Source of the DNA: Octopus vulgaris
Lineage: Eukaryota
Length of the DNA: 64,000 bases
Direction: 5' to 3'
Assembly (NCBI GenBank): GCA_951406725.2
Contig: OX597816.1
Location: forward strand, 107,322,001-107,386,000
Positions within the stretch are counted from its first letter, which is position 1; each line of letters opens with the position of its first letter. The translations under genes were made by a program, and so were the position numbers. Below are positions 12,364-24,944 of the stretch, piece by piece. The notes beneath the pieces were generated by a model that worked only from the letters and a program-made list of their open reading frames with translations, searched no databases and was not told the origin of the DNA.

Positions 12364-13446
12364 CCCTTTCGTTACCAAACCGCCCAAAGCCGCCCGAAAA
12401 AAATTTTGGTTAATGTGACCAAACCACCCAACCCCACCCGTATTTACTTATTCATATTTAAATGAGAATATCAGAGCAAATCTCTTAAGTACATTCATGA
12501 AAACACGTATTATACTTCGTAAACAGTTCATCTAAAGTTTTGTACAACAATCGAAGTGTAATTTTAATTCGTGAATTTTGGGAGATTTTTTTCCGAAATT
12601 TGTTCCTATTGTGTTTTCAAAATTTGTAATTCTGACAAAAAATGGATATGAATTTCATTATATCAAGCAGCGAGTCAGAATTCGAAGGATTTTATACTGA
12701 AGACCTTGATAAATCTAACTCTACGACTGAAAAAAAAAAGCACGTGGTATTTGATAATGAATCTGATGTTTCATTTTCTGAAAGTGAAAACAGTGAATCC
12801 GAGAGCTCCGACAGCGATAAAGAAAATGAATTGGCACCTGAATGGAGTGAAAATTTAAAAACTGTTTCTTTCGGTGATTTTTCTGAAGAAACTGGACCAA
12901 GCCACAGACTTTCCCAGGAGAGTAAAGCCTTAGATTATTTCTTTTTACTTTTTCGAATGAGCCTATTTGAAATCATTACGGCGGAAACGAACCGTTACGC
13001 TAAATGTAAACAAAGTGAAAGAAAGGATAGTTAGTGGTTTCCCACAACCTTAAATGAAATTAAGACTATTTTGCCATAAATATTATTATGGGTATCAGAA
13101 AGTTACCCAGAATAACAAATTCTATCGTAAAATTTTGTTGTATACCCAATTGAATATTAGCTAATAACCCATTTTCTATAGCGATGTTTGAACAAAATTT
13201 TAATAATTTTATATTTTGTTGAATTTACCTGTATCTACCTGCAATTAGTCACTTTGTGACAAAAATTATAGTATAGAATTGGTTGAGAACATTTCATTAA
13301 ATTATCTTCCAAAAATCAAATTAATATATTGATAAATAAAAAAGTTATAGTTGTTTAATGAAACCGGACTAAATTTATGATTATGTTAGAAATTAATTGA
13401 AACACATAAGGGGTGTATTTTGGTCAGAAATATAGTAACGAAAGGG
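12364..13446 (+). mobile_element. Internally deleted piggyBac element
   Basis: TTAA TSDs at 12360-12363 and 13447-13450. 12-bp perfect TIR CCCTTTCGTTAC. Confidence 0.92.
12642..13120 (+). pseudogene. piggyBac transposase N-terminal remnant
   Basis: Acidic N-terminus, then ALDYFFLLF..IITAETNRYA. After a stop, WFPTTLNEIK and IIMGIRKLP follow. The catalytic domain is deleted. Confidence 0.85.
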
Positions 13447-13699
13447 TTAATCTTATCTACCAAATACTTCAGTTCACTGAAGAGATGGAAGTGGGGTACT
13501 ATGGCCTCTTGGTTGAAACAGCTGTAAGAAACTATTCTACTTTCTTTGATCTATGTTATATATTTTAATAATTACTGGTATTTTTATATTTTATATATTA
13601 TATTTGTAAAGCATAAAATGTTATACATGTATGCATAGTTATAATTGATTTTTTATATATATATATAGTGTTGTGTTTGGGGAGAGTCATTTTCTTTCG

Positions 13700-13825
13700 G
13701 CAAAAGAGACCAATAGAATAAGTACTAGGCTTACTAAGAATAAGTCCTGGGGTTGATTTGATTTGCTTGACTAAAGGCAGTGCTCCAGCATGGCCACAGT
13801 CAAATGACTGAACAAGTAAAAGAGT
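13700..13825 (+). mobile_element. SINE 3' tail fragment
   Basis: GACCAATAGAATAAGTACTAGGCTT...GTGCTCCAGCATGGCCACAGTCAAATGACTG, shared with the 21985 and 54212 copies. Confidence 0.7.
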
Positions 13826-14417
13826 ATATATATATATTTCTTATATAAATTATCATAGTTATTTATAAATACATTCACAAGCCTGTGAAGTTACTTTCAA
13901 AGATGCACGCTGTTTTAAAAATATGTGTGCAATATTAGTTGAATTTTATTTTAAAATTCATGTACATGAAATGATATCCACTTGTATAACTGCATATAAT
14001 TGTAGATTGTGCAACTACAGTTTTGTCTTTGTGCAATCATTCATCATGCAGTTGGATGTTATTTCAGTGACATCTAATTACAACCACATTTGTCTAAGTG
14101 CAGCAATGTGCACTTGCTGTAATCTGCATGTCAGTGAAGTTGGAGCTATATTTAGTAACATTCAGATGCATTTTTAGCAAGGCATATATAAAGTTACACC
14201 CAGCTGCAGCAAAATCAATCACAGCCTGTCAGATTTTTTTTGATCCCTAGTTCCACTTTAGGTTTCGGCTATGGAAGCCAAAAAGCATCATCAAGTGCAA
14301 CACCAGTTACATCTGATTGAAAATGTATATACAAACTGTTGTGTAGTTGCAAATATATGCAACTATATTCCAAAATTGAAATATAGTGTCCACAAATTAG
14401 TGATTTATGTTGTTTGA

Positions 14418-14605
14418 ATTTGTTAAGAGAATATGCACATATCATTATATTTGTTAAGAGAATATGCACATATCATTATATTTGTTAAGAGAATATGCAC
14501 ATATCATTATATTTGTTAAGAGAATATGCACATATCATTATATTTGTTAAGAGAATATGCACATATCATTATATTTGTTAAGAGAATATGCACATATCAT
14601 TATAT
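14418..14605. repeat. 31-bp minisatellite, 6 identical copies
   Basis: TGTTAAGAGAATATGCACATATCATTATATT at 14421, 14452, 14483, 14514, 14545 and 14576. Confidence 0.95.
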
Positions 14606-15554
14606 AATTCAGTTTAATTAGCTTTAATGTTTTAATCTTTTCATGTTCATACATTGAACAACTAGCAATACTTTGTATCAATTATTCAGAATAATGTGTG
14701 TGTGTGTATGTGGTTATTTAATCCACTACCCTACAGTTCATATTTTTACCTGCAATGCATTTCACTTTTCCTGCTTTCATTAGGTATCATACTTTTCGTT
14801 TCTCTTTCTCTCTCTCAAAATAAAGATCCATATGTTTAATCCTTGTCAAAAAATGATTTTATATTTTTATAAAAATATGAAATCAGATGATAATAATAAT
14901 TATAATGAAATTATTGTATACAGTGCTCAGATGCACCACAACTTGTCAAAAGTGCATATGAAGAATATGCAGTAATGTACAAATGTCTGGAAAGTGAACA
15001 GTGTATGAGTCAGATACATGCTTGCGTGTGTAAGGAGGGGAGAAAATCAGGCATAGTGTTGGTAAATTTCAGGAAGATACTTAAAGAGTATACTATTTAA
15101 AACATTGGATAGATATGTTAATTCTTTCACATAACTCCCCAATCCATTGAACATGTGCCTATATCTAATTTCTATAATGGTAGGTGATTGATAGAGAAAT
15201 GTGCACCTAGAGAGGGTACCAGTCTGTTGCTAGTTAACTCACTACTACACATTGCAGATGGACCTCAAGTGGCCTGAACTCTTTACATGAACACCACCCT
15301 GTACTTAACTCCATGTCCCCCTACATGGCCTTGCTATTTGCTTTTGAGCCAAATTAACTAACTAACTAACTAACTAACCTAAAATCATCTATGCAAATCA
15401 ACAAAACACTTGCTGATTTTCTATGTTGCATCTACTACTTGCAAGCAGTAAAATATACCATTATATAGTGTGTATTAAATGTTTGCTGAACTGAACTACT
15501 GATGTCATATTGAGTGGAGATTCAATGATGCACATGATATTTGACTACTTGCTC

Positions 15555-15660
15555 TTGGTGCAGCCATCTGGTTCGCCAGTCCTCAGTCAAACTGTCCAAC
15601 CCATGCTAGCATGGAAAACGGACGTTAAATGATGATGATGAGGATGATGATGATGTTGAC
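15555..15660 (+). mobile_element. RTE-type 3' end fragment
   Basis: GGTGCAGCCATCTGGTTCGCCAG...CCATGCTAGCATGGAAAACGGACGTTAAATGATGATG. Confidence 0.75.
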
Positions 15661-15672
15661 TATGTCATCATG

Positions 15673-15912
15673 CAGGGCTGTGGAGTCAAAGTCAGAGCTG
15701 GTAAAAATGTATCAATTCTAACAGTAATGTAAATTGTAATATGATGCATTAAAATTTCCAATTTCACAGATACTAATTTGACTATCATCTGCATTAAAAA
15801 TAATCAGATCAGATTTTAAGGACTTCTATGAATAAGAATCTGATAGAAGTCATTTTGTTTTTAATAAATGTTAATAAATTTGGGGCTTGGATTTTTGACT
15901 TCACTTCTGTTC
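15673..15912. mobile_element. Degraded hAT-like MITE
   Basis: Starts CAGGGCTGTGGAGTC and ends with a decayed inverted GACTTCACTTCTGTTCT. Confidence 0.35.
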
Positions 15913-16320
15913 TATAGATAGAATTTTTCTTTCTATAAATTTATGTAGGAATAAACTTTTTGGTCTTTGTTATATCATCAGTGATGATATATGATCTCTG
16001 TGTGTGTGTGTGGTGTGTGTGTATGTGTGTAAAACAATATCTCACAGTACCAAATATAGCCATATAACAATAAGCAATTTAACAAGAGTTGGTTATCTTA
16101 TTATAACCGTTCATACAATAACAATCCAATACTCCAACGGCAGAATCTCACAGTTTGGCTTCATCTGCCTACTGGCTCATCTATTTATAGACTCATGCTG
16201 TCCATTGACAATCACATGCAGAGATGTCAGTTCACTCCACAACAATCTTTTACAATATAATTTTGATTTTTTCATTTAATGTAAACTTTCAAGTTACATT
16301 CACCTAAATTTTATATTTGA

Positions 16321-16540
16321 TCCTTTTAATGTTTGAACTGGCCATATCCAGCAAAATATCCTACCTGCTTTATGGTTAAACTATCTGGATCTTGCCTCTC
16401 ACACCTACCCTGCAATTTCATTCTAAAAATAGACAATTACATCTTTGAAATCTCAATGCTACAAGATAGAACATGATTAATTTTAATAAATCCGAATAAA
16501 GAAACATTACATTTAACAAAATAATCTGAATGCTAAAAGG
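16321..16540. mobile_element. TTAA (piggyBac-type) MITE inserted in a palindrome arm
   Basis: TTGA|TCCTTTT...TGCTAAAAGG|TTAA. Confidence 0.6.
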
Positions 16541-16854
16541 TTAAACAATGCTTTAATCTTGAAAAGTAAAGGTTCTTTTCAAGATTAAAGCATTGTTTAA
16601 ATATAAAATTTCAGTGAATACAAGATGAAAATCATTCATATTGAGTTTAATTCTTTTAACAATAGTTCTTCATTACTTTGGGATATTCAATATTTTGCTT
16701 TTAATTTTGATATCCTTTAGATTTTTGAAATGGTTAACAAAGAGGTTTCCAATTTTTGTCCTGTAGTATTTTTATAGTTTATTTCTTTTATATCCTTCGG
16801 TTTTATAGCCCTTTGATAAAACACTCTTTTTTTAATTTTGTAAGTTTTATTATG

Positions 16855-17195
16855 TGAAGTTGTATGGCTTAGTGGTTAAGGGTATTAACCACTAAGTTAA
16901 TTTGGCTCATGATTGTAAGATCGTGTGTTCAATTCCTATTGGTGCATTGTGTCCTTGAGCAAGACAATTTATTTCACATTGCTCCAATCCACTCAGGTGG
17001 GAAAAATGAGTTGTACTGGTATTTCAAAGGGCCAGCCTTGTCACATTATGTGTCATACTGAATCTCACTGAAAACTTCATTAAGGGAATGTGTGTCTGTG
17101 GATTGCTCAACCACTTAGACATTAATTTCAGAGTAGGCTGTTCCACTAACCAGATCAACTGAAACCCTTGTTGTCATAATCAATGGAATGCCAGT
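16855..17195 (+). mobile_element. tRNA-derived SINE, diverged
   Basis: TGGCTTAGTGGTTAAGG A box and GTTCAATTCC B box. The 3' half is similar to that of the 24945-25331 SINE. Confidence 0.7.
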
Positions 17196-17493
17196 AAATT
17201 TTATCATGTTTCATTGTTGTAAATTATTTAATAAATAGTATAAGAAAGCCTTAACAGCAGAACTTTAAGCTCAACAAAGACTGCTAACAAATAGCCTGGT
17301 GATTTGCATTGATCATGTATGCTATGTACCTTCAGTCAATATAAGAAATATATGATTAGTCTAATTACAAAAAGAAGAGTTCCTGTCTGTGTCAGTGCTA
17401 CCCTAAATTAATGAGTGTCAGAGTTGTAGTTGAATACTTTGTGCACCATATTTTACAATGCTGTATTCTACATTGCAACATTTCACATTGTTA

Positions 17494-17706
17494 GGGTGGT
17501 GAGCTGGTAGACTCATTACTGTGGTGGGCAAGATGCTTAGCAGTATTTCATATGACTTTACATTCTGAATTTGAATTCCATCAAGGTCAACTTTGCCTTT
17601 TATCCTTTCTGGGTTGATGAAGTAAGTACCAGTTAATCACTGGGGTCTATGTAAACAACTCAATCCCTCCCCCAAGATTACTGGCCTTGAGCCAAAATTT
17701 GAAACC
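17494..17706 (+). mobile_element. SINE (family of the 56.0-57.1 kb cluster)
   Basis: GGTGGTGAGCTGGTAGA...CATTCTGAATTTGAATTCC...CTTTGCCTTTTATCCTTTC. Confidence 0.7.
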
Positions 17707-19189
17707 AGTATTCTATATTCTCGCAGTTTACTTCTCTGTCACAAATAATTGTCAGAGCAAGGAATGTTACTTTTGTTAGACTGATGCTCTAGCTACCATT
17801 ACGTGTTTAGTACTCCTTGTACTAGTTGTTAAACACAGACTTTATAAAACTCTATGAATCCCTGAAGATTTTATGTGGAAACATCTTTTTCCTTATAAGT
17901 AGATTGATTATCTGACTTATTGGTTCAATAAGTTTATAGAAATACATAAAAGAGATTTTTGGAAACTACTAAATTTGAGGTATAAAAAGTATGGTCAATA
18001 GAAATGCTTGGTGAATGATGGTTTATGCTAGCAAGATGGTGAATGGAATTATAAATAAGCTGAATAAAGCTGCTTGAAACATTAATCTTGTTCTCATTTC
18101 ACAGAGCAACAAACATAAACCGTTTTAGTTTATAAACTCATAGTTTTGCTATTTATATATATATATTTTGTGCACTGGTGGTTGCATTTTACATAAACAG
18201 AGTGTTTTATTTATTTTTTATAACTCCTGAAGAAAAATGAATAAGAGAATAAAAATATTGAAAATATTGTTAAAAGTGTATTTTTTTCCATTTATGAATC
18301 TTAAAAGACTGAGATTAACATTGATTTCAGGTATTATTATAATTCATGTATTTATATGATATTTAAATTAGATTAGAGATTGAAATAATGGTGGGATAGG
18401 GAAATTTATCATGTATGCTAGTGAGAATGTTCATGATGTTAGGCTATAAATATGAATGAATGAAGGTAGTATTTGAGCATTATGATTATTGCGAACATGG
18501 TAAGAATGAATGGAAGAAGAAAAACAAGAACAAGTTTCTATTGGCTGTTCTGATGAGGTGGGTTTACAATAGGGAAATACCCATGTATGAAATTTGAATG
18601 ATTGTGATTCTTTGTCAAGTGAGTGAATAAGTGAAATAAAGGAAGATAATTTGTAAATAAAGAAATGATAGTTATGAGGGATATCAGATTTACATTTATC
18701 ATGAAGGGAAGCAATAACAGAATAGAAATGAGGTTGCACTTTCATTTATGGAGAATATTTAATTGTACAAAAAGACAATAACTCTGAATTGAAATGATAA
18801 CAACCGAATTATTGACTATTTTATATTCATTTTAAGACCAAATCTCTGTGTGAATGAGTTTTCAACATGACTGAAAAGAAAGAAAGAAAAACAAATTTAA
18901 CCTAATTTTGTCTTACAAATGTTCTATAATGGATTTTGTGCATTCAAATATTTCAATCTTTTGAATCCTTCAGTCCTTAGAATGTCTATCTTTTGCACAC
19001 TGAAAATTGCACTGGTATTGGCACTAGTGAAAATTACAGTGCTGCTACTCAAGTAAGTGAAGGTTACCAAAAAAATAAACCTTTAAAAAAACTGAGAGTA
19101 AGATAAAACTTTGGTTGCAGAAATAATGTTTAGTGATATAGCAGGAATGTTTATTATTTAGATGACAATATTGGTTGTTAAGGTAATAA

Positions 19190-19450
19190 TTTTTATTATT
19201 AATGTGATAATATTTGTTGTTAAGATGATAATGTTTATTGTTTAGGTGATAATGTTTAATGTTACAGTGACAATGGTTAGTGTTAGGGTGGTAGTGTGGA
19301 TCTGTTTAATAATATACTTATATTGACAACATTTATTTTTTATAGCAGCCATATTTCATTATTATAATAACATAGTAGTAATAATATTTATTGTTATAAT
19401 GACAATATTTATTGTGAAATGGACAATATTACCGAGGCAGTGTTTATTGT
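19190..19450. repeat. Degenerate ~20-bp tandem repeat
   Basis: Recurring GATAAT(G/A)TTT(A/G)TTGTTA units. Confidence 0.5.
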
Positions 19451-20073
19451 TATATGTTTGTAATGAGGAGGAAGCTAATGGTAAATATACTTCTCCTATG
19501 CCAATGTATTTTATTATTTCGGTGTTTTCTGCTTGCTTTTGCTATTTTTTCATCTCTTTTTTTAATTCTCATTTTCTGCTCTATTATTTGTTAACCATTC
19601 TCTAACTTACCACTAATTCTAATTTTTTCACACTCACTCCTCACTTCTTTCAATATTTACTTCACAATATATAAATCTGTTGTTTGAATATGCATGTTTG
19701 TTTTTTTTTTCCTTTTTCAAGCACTATGCATCTATGGTATATTTGTTGTGGTTTCTACATTGTCACATTGAGCAGTAATTTTTAATGTTCTTATTTCCAA
19801 AAAAATAGCCCACTTTCCTCCCAACCAACACCCTATACATACAACAACAAAAGAAAGTTCTGTTTTCATGTTTTCTTTTGTTGCTTTGTTGATACTCAAG
19901 AACAAAGTGTTTTTCATTTGAAGATGTAAATTTAAAAAGGATTTACATTTTGCACAATAAGTATATATGTTAGTATATATGGTAAATATATATATATATT
20001 TACTAGATATTATCTGCTTAAATAATCAATACACATCTTGAACTGCAGTACATTCCTTCATTCCCTTTAACAG

Positions 20074-20199
20074 CTGTCGACTGGAGATCACAATGATTAT
20101 AGCATCTTCCAGCAGCATTATCGCTCTCTCTCCAGCAATGCCGAACAGCATTATTACTACCAGAGAATGTCCAGATTGTGTTTTCGGCCAATGTTGTAG
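20074..20199 (+). CDS. Candidate terminal coding exon
   Basis: Strong acceptor CATTCCTTCATTCCCTTTAACAG. Phase-0 frame LSTGDHNDYSIFQQHYRSLSSNAEQHYYYQRMSRLCFRPML* is compatible with the phase-0 end of exon 2302-2345. Unique sequence, richer in GC than its flanks. Confidence 0.35.
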   Translation: MSTGDHNDYSIFQQHYRSLSSNAEQHYYYQRMSRLCFRPML

Positions 20200-20719
20200 C
20201 ACGCTTCTTTCCTCCTATCATAAATGCAGCCATTTTATCAAATTTCTAGCAGCTGCAACCTGGCAATGATTATTTTGTTTGAATAATTGCTAAAGATTTA
20301 TTTTTTACATTCTCATCTCTCATCTTTGATCATTCTCTCACATACCTCTGTGATATCCACAATGAAGCATTCTCTGATTCTCTCTGCAGTTCACAAATAA
20401 TATAACACTGACAAATATTATTATTAAATACATAGATCAAAGACTAGGCATGTGCTGTATTAGCATTGGTGCTTGCTATCTGTAACCACTACTTTGGATC
20501 AATTGAAGAATGAAGAATGTACAGAGGGAAAAACAAATGTTGTGTTATGAAAACCTGATGTTCCCTTCATGTGAAATAAAAGCCAAACATTAATAATGGG
20601 TGCAATGAATATCTGATGGAGCCCATTGGTTTTTATTATGTTCATGTTTTAACACCATTTACTAAACAGAATGTGCCAAGCTTTTACTTTAATATTATTA
20701 CACTTTGAAATTAATTGCC

Positions 20720-20763
<44 letters not shown>

Positions 20764-21712
20764 TGTGTGTGTATATGTGTGTGTGTGTGTCTTTTTTACA
20801 ATAACTTCTAATGATAACAAATGAAATATTTTAACCTGCATTGAGCTAGAATTTTTTGGTTTTTAACTGCATATTTCTCCTTAGTTAAACAACAGTTGTT
20901 TTGAAATGTCAAAGAACTCAAAGGGCTTATCAGAAGATTTATATACGATAATGACCAAGCAGTTTTGGTTATATATTTTACTTTAAGTACTTTGAACTGG
21001 TTTTTGGTTGCAATTGACTCACCCTAGTCTGCTCTGTTGAATAGCCCTGGTCAGCACTGCTCAAGTAGATCTATAGGATGCATGAGATTGATCAAATGCT
21101 TATGCTTAAAAGCTTCTTGTATATGCCTAATTACACTGGTATACAACTCTAGGATGCAGAATTAGATTTGTGGGTTGCAGTGTGACAGTAAATATATGTT
21201 GCACTTGCTGTGCTCCATAGTTTTGTCACCAAACATTGGATTCAGAGGCCATATGATTTAAGTCTAATTACTCCAGCAAAGTAATTTTGACATATTTTCT
21301 CAGAAGGTGCTTCTGTGAGATTGCTCCTATGGTAGAATTAACAGCTAAATCTCCCTCATCACACACTACCATCTTAAAAAGGGGAAAGACTAGGATTATC
21401 TAGGATTACATTTGATAATGTAATCCTAGATAACCCTTAAAAAGGTGGTTATTCATGGATGGAATGCCTTTGAGCATGGGTTTCCATTCGGTTAGGCTGG
21501 AGCTAAATAATAACTTACTTGGTTTTGCATGTAGACCCTATCCTCTCAACCCAGAACCACAATAGTTAAATCTTATATCTAACAACAACCTGTATGCATA
21601 CATGTGCTACGGCATGACTACAATACTAACTGAATGAAGAATTTCTACTCAGTTGAGTAGTTTTCTTAGAGATTAGCTTACCTACATAGTTCACTCAAAG
21701 GGAATATATACC

Positions 21713-21754
<42 letters not shown>

Positions 21755-21794
21755 CATATATATATATGCATATATACATACATATATATATATA

Positions 21795-21848
<54 letters not shown>

Positions 21849-21871
21849 TATATATAAAATAACGAAGATAG

Positions 21872-21905
<34 letters not shown>

Positions 21906-21984
21906 ATACATATATATATATCATCAGTAAATCATAAATCAAAAAAAGAAGCACACTCTAAGTTATAGAGCAGTAGATTATATA

Positions 21985-22390
21985 CTCTTTTACTTGTTTC
22001 AGTCATTTGACTGCGGCAATGCTGGAGCACCACCTTTAGTCGAAGAAATCGACCCCAGGACTTATTCTTTGTAAGCCTAGTACTTATTCTATCAGTCTCT
22101 TTGGCTGAACCACTAAGTTATTGGGACGTAAACACACCAGCATCGGTTGTCAAGCGATGTTGTGGGACAAACACACACACACATACATATACACACACAC
22201 ATACACACATATACATACATACATATATACGACAGACTTCTTTCAGTTTCCGTCTACCAAATCCACTCACAGGGCTTTGGTTGACCTGAGGCTATAGTAG
22301 AAGACACTTTCCCAAGGTGCCACGCAGTGGGACTGAACCCGGAACCATGTGGTTGGTAAGCAAGCTGCTTACCACACAGCCACTCCTACG
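21985..22390 (-). mobile_element. Full-length tRNA-derived SINE with internal (CA/TA)n
   Basis: Head GGAGTGGCTGTGTGGTAAGCAGCTTGCTTACC...GGTTCAGTCCCACTGCGTGG and tail GACTGAAACAAGTAAAAGAG. Confidence 0.88.
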
Positions 22391-22395
22391 TCAAT

Positions 22396-22869
22396 AGATA
22401 AAGATAGATACTTCTGGTTTATGGGGTTACCCAGGCTTTTATGTCCATAAAGTGCTTAGCTAAACAGCATTTTTTTCAGACCCTAAACCCATTGGCCTAT
22501 GGCCTGTCTAGAAAATCGAGGAAGGAAAACTTCATTACTATCTGTCAACAACAAGGGATTGTCTCCATTTGACAGCTGTCCGTAATTGACCTTGCTGGCT
22601 TGTGGGTTCCAGGACATCAGCTGGAATTTCTTAATGTGCAAGTGCTGTCGTCCTGGGGCCCATAAGCCAACAGGGTCAATTACAGATAGCAGTCAAATGG
22701 AGACAATCTGTTGTTGTTGACAAATAGTAGCAAAATCTTTTCCTCCTCCATTTTCTAAAGAGGCCATAGGCCAACAGGTTTAGGGTCTGAAGAAATGTTG
22801 TAAAGCTAAGCACTTTATAGATGCGAAACACTGGGTAACCCCATAAACCAGCCATATCTATCTTTATCT
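22396..22869. mobile_element. Foldback/palindromic MITE-like element (about 220-bp arms)
   Basis: AGATAAAGATAGATA..CTGGTTTATGGGGTTACCCAG...CCAGGAC is mirrored by GTCCTGG...CTGGGTAACCCCATAAACCAG..TATCTATCTTTATCT. Confidence 0.88.
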
Positions 22870-22904
22870 CTATGTATCTATATATTTTATTTATTTATGT
22901 GCCC

Positions 22905-23200
22905 TTTTTCAAGCCTAGCCAGGCTCATGGGCTCGGTTTCCTGATTTCTGTGGGGTATGTGTTGCCCCCAGCTGGACTGGACGCCAGTCCATCGCAGCGT
23001 TACTCAAGACACAGGAAGAGAGAGTAAGAGAAAGTTGTGGCGAAAGACTACAACAGGGGTCGCCAACCACCCCTGCCGGAGCCTCGTGGAGCTTTAGGTG
23101 TTTTCACTCAATAAGCAGACACAATGCCCAGTCTGGGAATCGAAACTGCGATCCTCCGACCGCGAGTGCGTTGCCCTAACCACTGGGCCATTGCGCTACC
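22905..23200 (-). mobile_element. tRNA-derived SINE
   Basis: Head GCGCAATGGCCCAGTGGTTAGGGCA...GTTTCGATTCCCAGAC. Confidence 0.88.
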
Positions 23201-23564
23201 GCATCTATATATATATATAATAATAATAATATTAGGGAGTAAATCCAAACTTACAGGGAAAAATTAGATTTAGGATTAAATCTAATTTTATAGTATAAAT
23301 ATATATTATAAAACCACTATTAGGCAAATCAAACAGTGAAAATCATAAGCCAATACATAGAAATAAAATTAATTAAAAAATATATAAAAAATATAAAATA
23401 TAAAAATCCAATTAAAATATTTAAATTTAAGTTAAAATTTTAAAAGATTATTTAAATTAATAATCTAAACTTATAAATTATAAATATATATATATATATA
23501 TATTTATTATTATTATTTTATTTAATTATTTATTTTTTTTATCGATACAGATAGATATAGATAC

Positions 23565-23595
<31 letters not shown>

Positions 23596-23612
23596 CACAC
23601 ACACACACAAAC

Positions 23613-23659
<47 letters not shown>

Positions 23660-24047
23660 TACACACACACACATATATATGATGATGATATAAATTCTCC
23701 TTTCTTTCTTTCTTTAATAAGGTAGCATGTCATGGGATAGATTTGGTTAATATTCACAGCAGATCAAAGATTGTGACAAACTCCCACATTGGCTCAAACC
23801 TCAATTAAGAATTATTCTATAGCAAAGATAAAAATTGTTTGACATGTCGAATGTGTTAAAAGATCGGTTGCTTCCTCATCCCATTATTGGCACATTATTG
23901 TATCATATGGCAAAAGTAGTTAATGTTTCGAAGCCTCAGAATTTTTCTTTAATGGTCTAGTCAGAAGGATGGTGTAGAGTTAATGAGCTTCTTAGGCCAT
24001 CCAAAATGAGATTGCAATTGATATAGTTAATGTTTAGCATGAACTCC

Positions 24048-24096
<49 letters not shown>

Positions 24097-24121
24097 ATAT
24101 ATATATCTATTTATATGTATG

Positions 24122-24206
<85 letters not shown>

Positions 24207-24944
24207 GCGTGTGTGCGTGTGTGTGAGAGATAGATAGATAGATAAGTTTTGGGCAGAACTGGCCTAGGCCATGTATATTATGTGTAAGTTAGTTATGGCT
24301 GAAATTCTTTTTATCACAAATCTGGTTGATGAGGGCTGACCTAGGGCTAAACAACAGCAACAACTTCTTGATTAAAAAAAGAGAAGTAATTTCGTATAGC
24401 TATTAAACACAATATTATGAATATCATTAATACTGGTGATGTGATTTGTTCTAAACTGATGAGATAAGACAACTGTGGTTTTCAGTCATAGCGGTGACGA
24501 CATAATTGATTAGTTGGAGTATTAAAAAATAAAAGAGAAAAAATAGAAGACAGATGAAAACTTTATTTGTGAAAATAATTTGCAACTTAGAGGCATCTGC
24601 TAAAGTAATGAGAAAAATAGAGTGAAGAATATGAAAAAACAAAGATAATTAAATGTCTTAAATAAAGTTGAATTGTAAATAAGTTATAAGTTTTGTTATT
24701 AACTTAATTTTTAGAAATGAATAATAGTTTGATATTTACATTAGCACTGCCATTTCAATTAGTTTGATCCTTGATCATCATCAGATATTCTAGTTTTGGA
24801 TGTTTACATAGACCCATACCATACAAAATTCAAAAGAGGCACCATTATTTATTTATTCATAAAGAGAAATGACTAACATACTAGTAACTTAATTATTAAT
24901 CTCAGTTTACAAGTTATAGAGTCCTAGTTTGATACTAATCAGGT

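Larger units (their letters stand above)
12326..13529 (+). ncRNA. Type I hammerhead ribozyme (Penelope-type) interrupted by a piggyBac insertion
   Basis: TCT-CTGACGA(12329-12335)-AGCCCAGAGGC...GCCTCTTGGTT-GAAAC(13515-13519)-AGCT-GTA-AGA. Stem II base pairs 10/11 (G.U allowed), the stem III loop AGCT is palindromic, and stem I is TCT/AGA. Confidence 0.7.

Noticed and set aside
18551-18600. CTGATGA...GAAA hammerhead candidate
   Set aside because: A partial stem II exists, but there is no stem I or stem III/NUH arrangement.
20018-20233. Minus-strand 71-aa ORF as a small protein
   Set aside because: No recognisable motif. A + strand acceptor explains the island at least as well.
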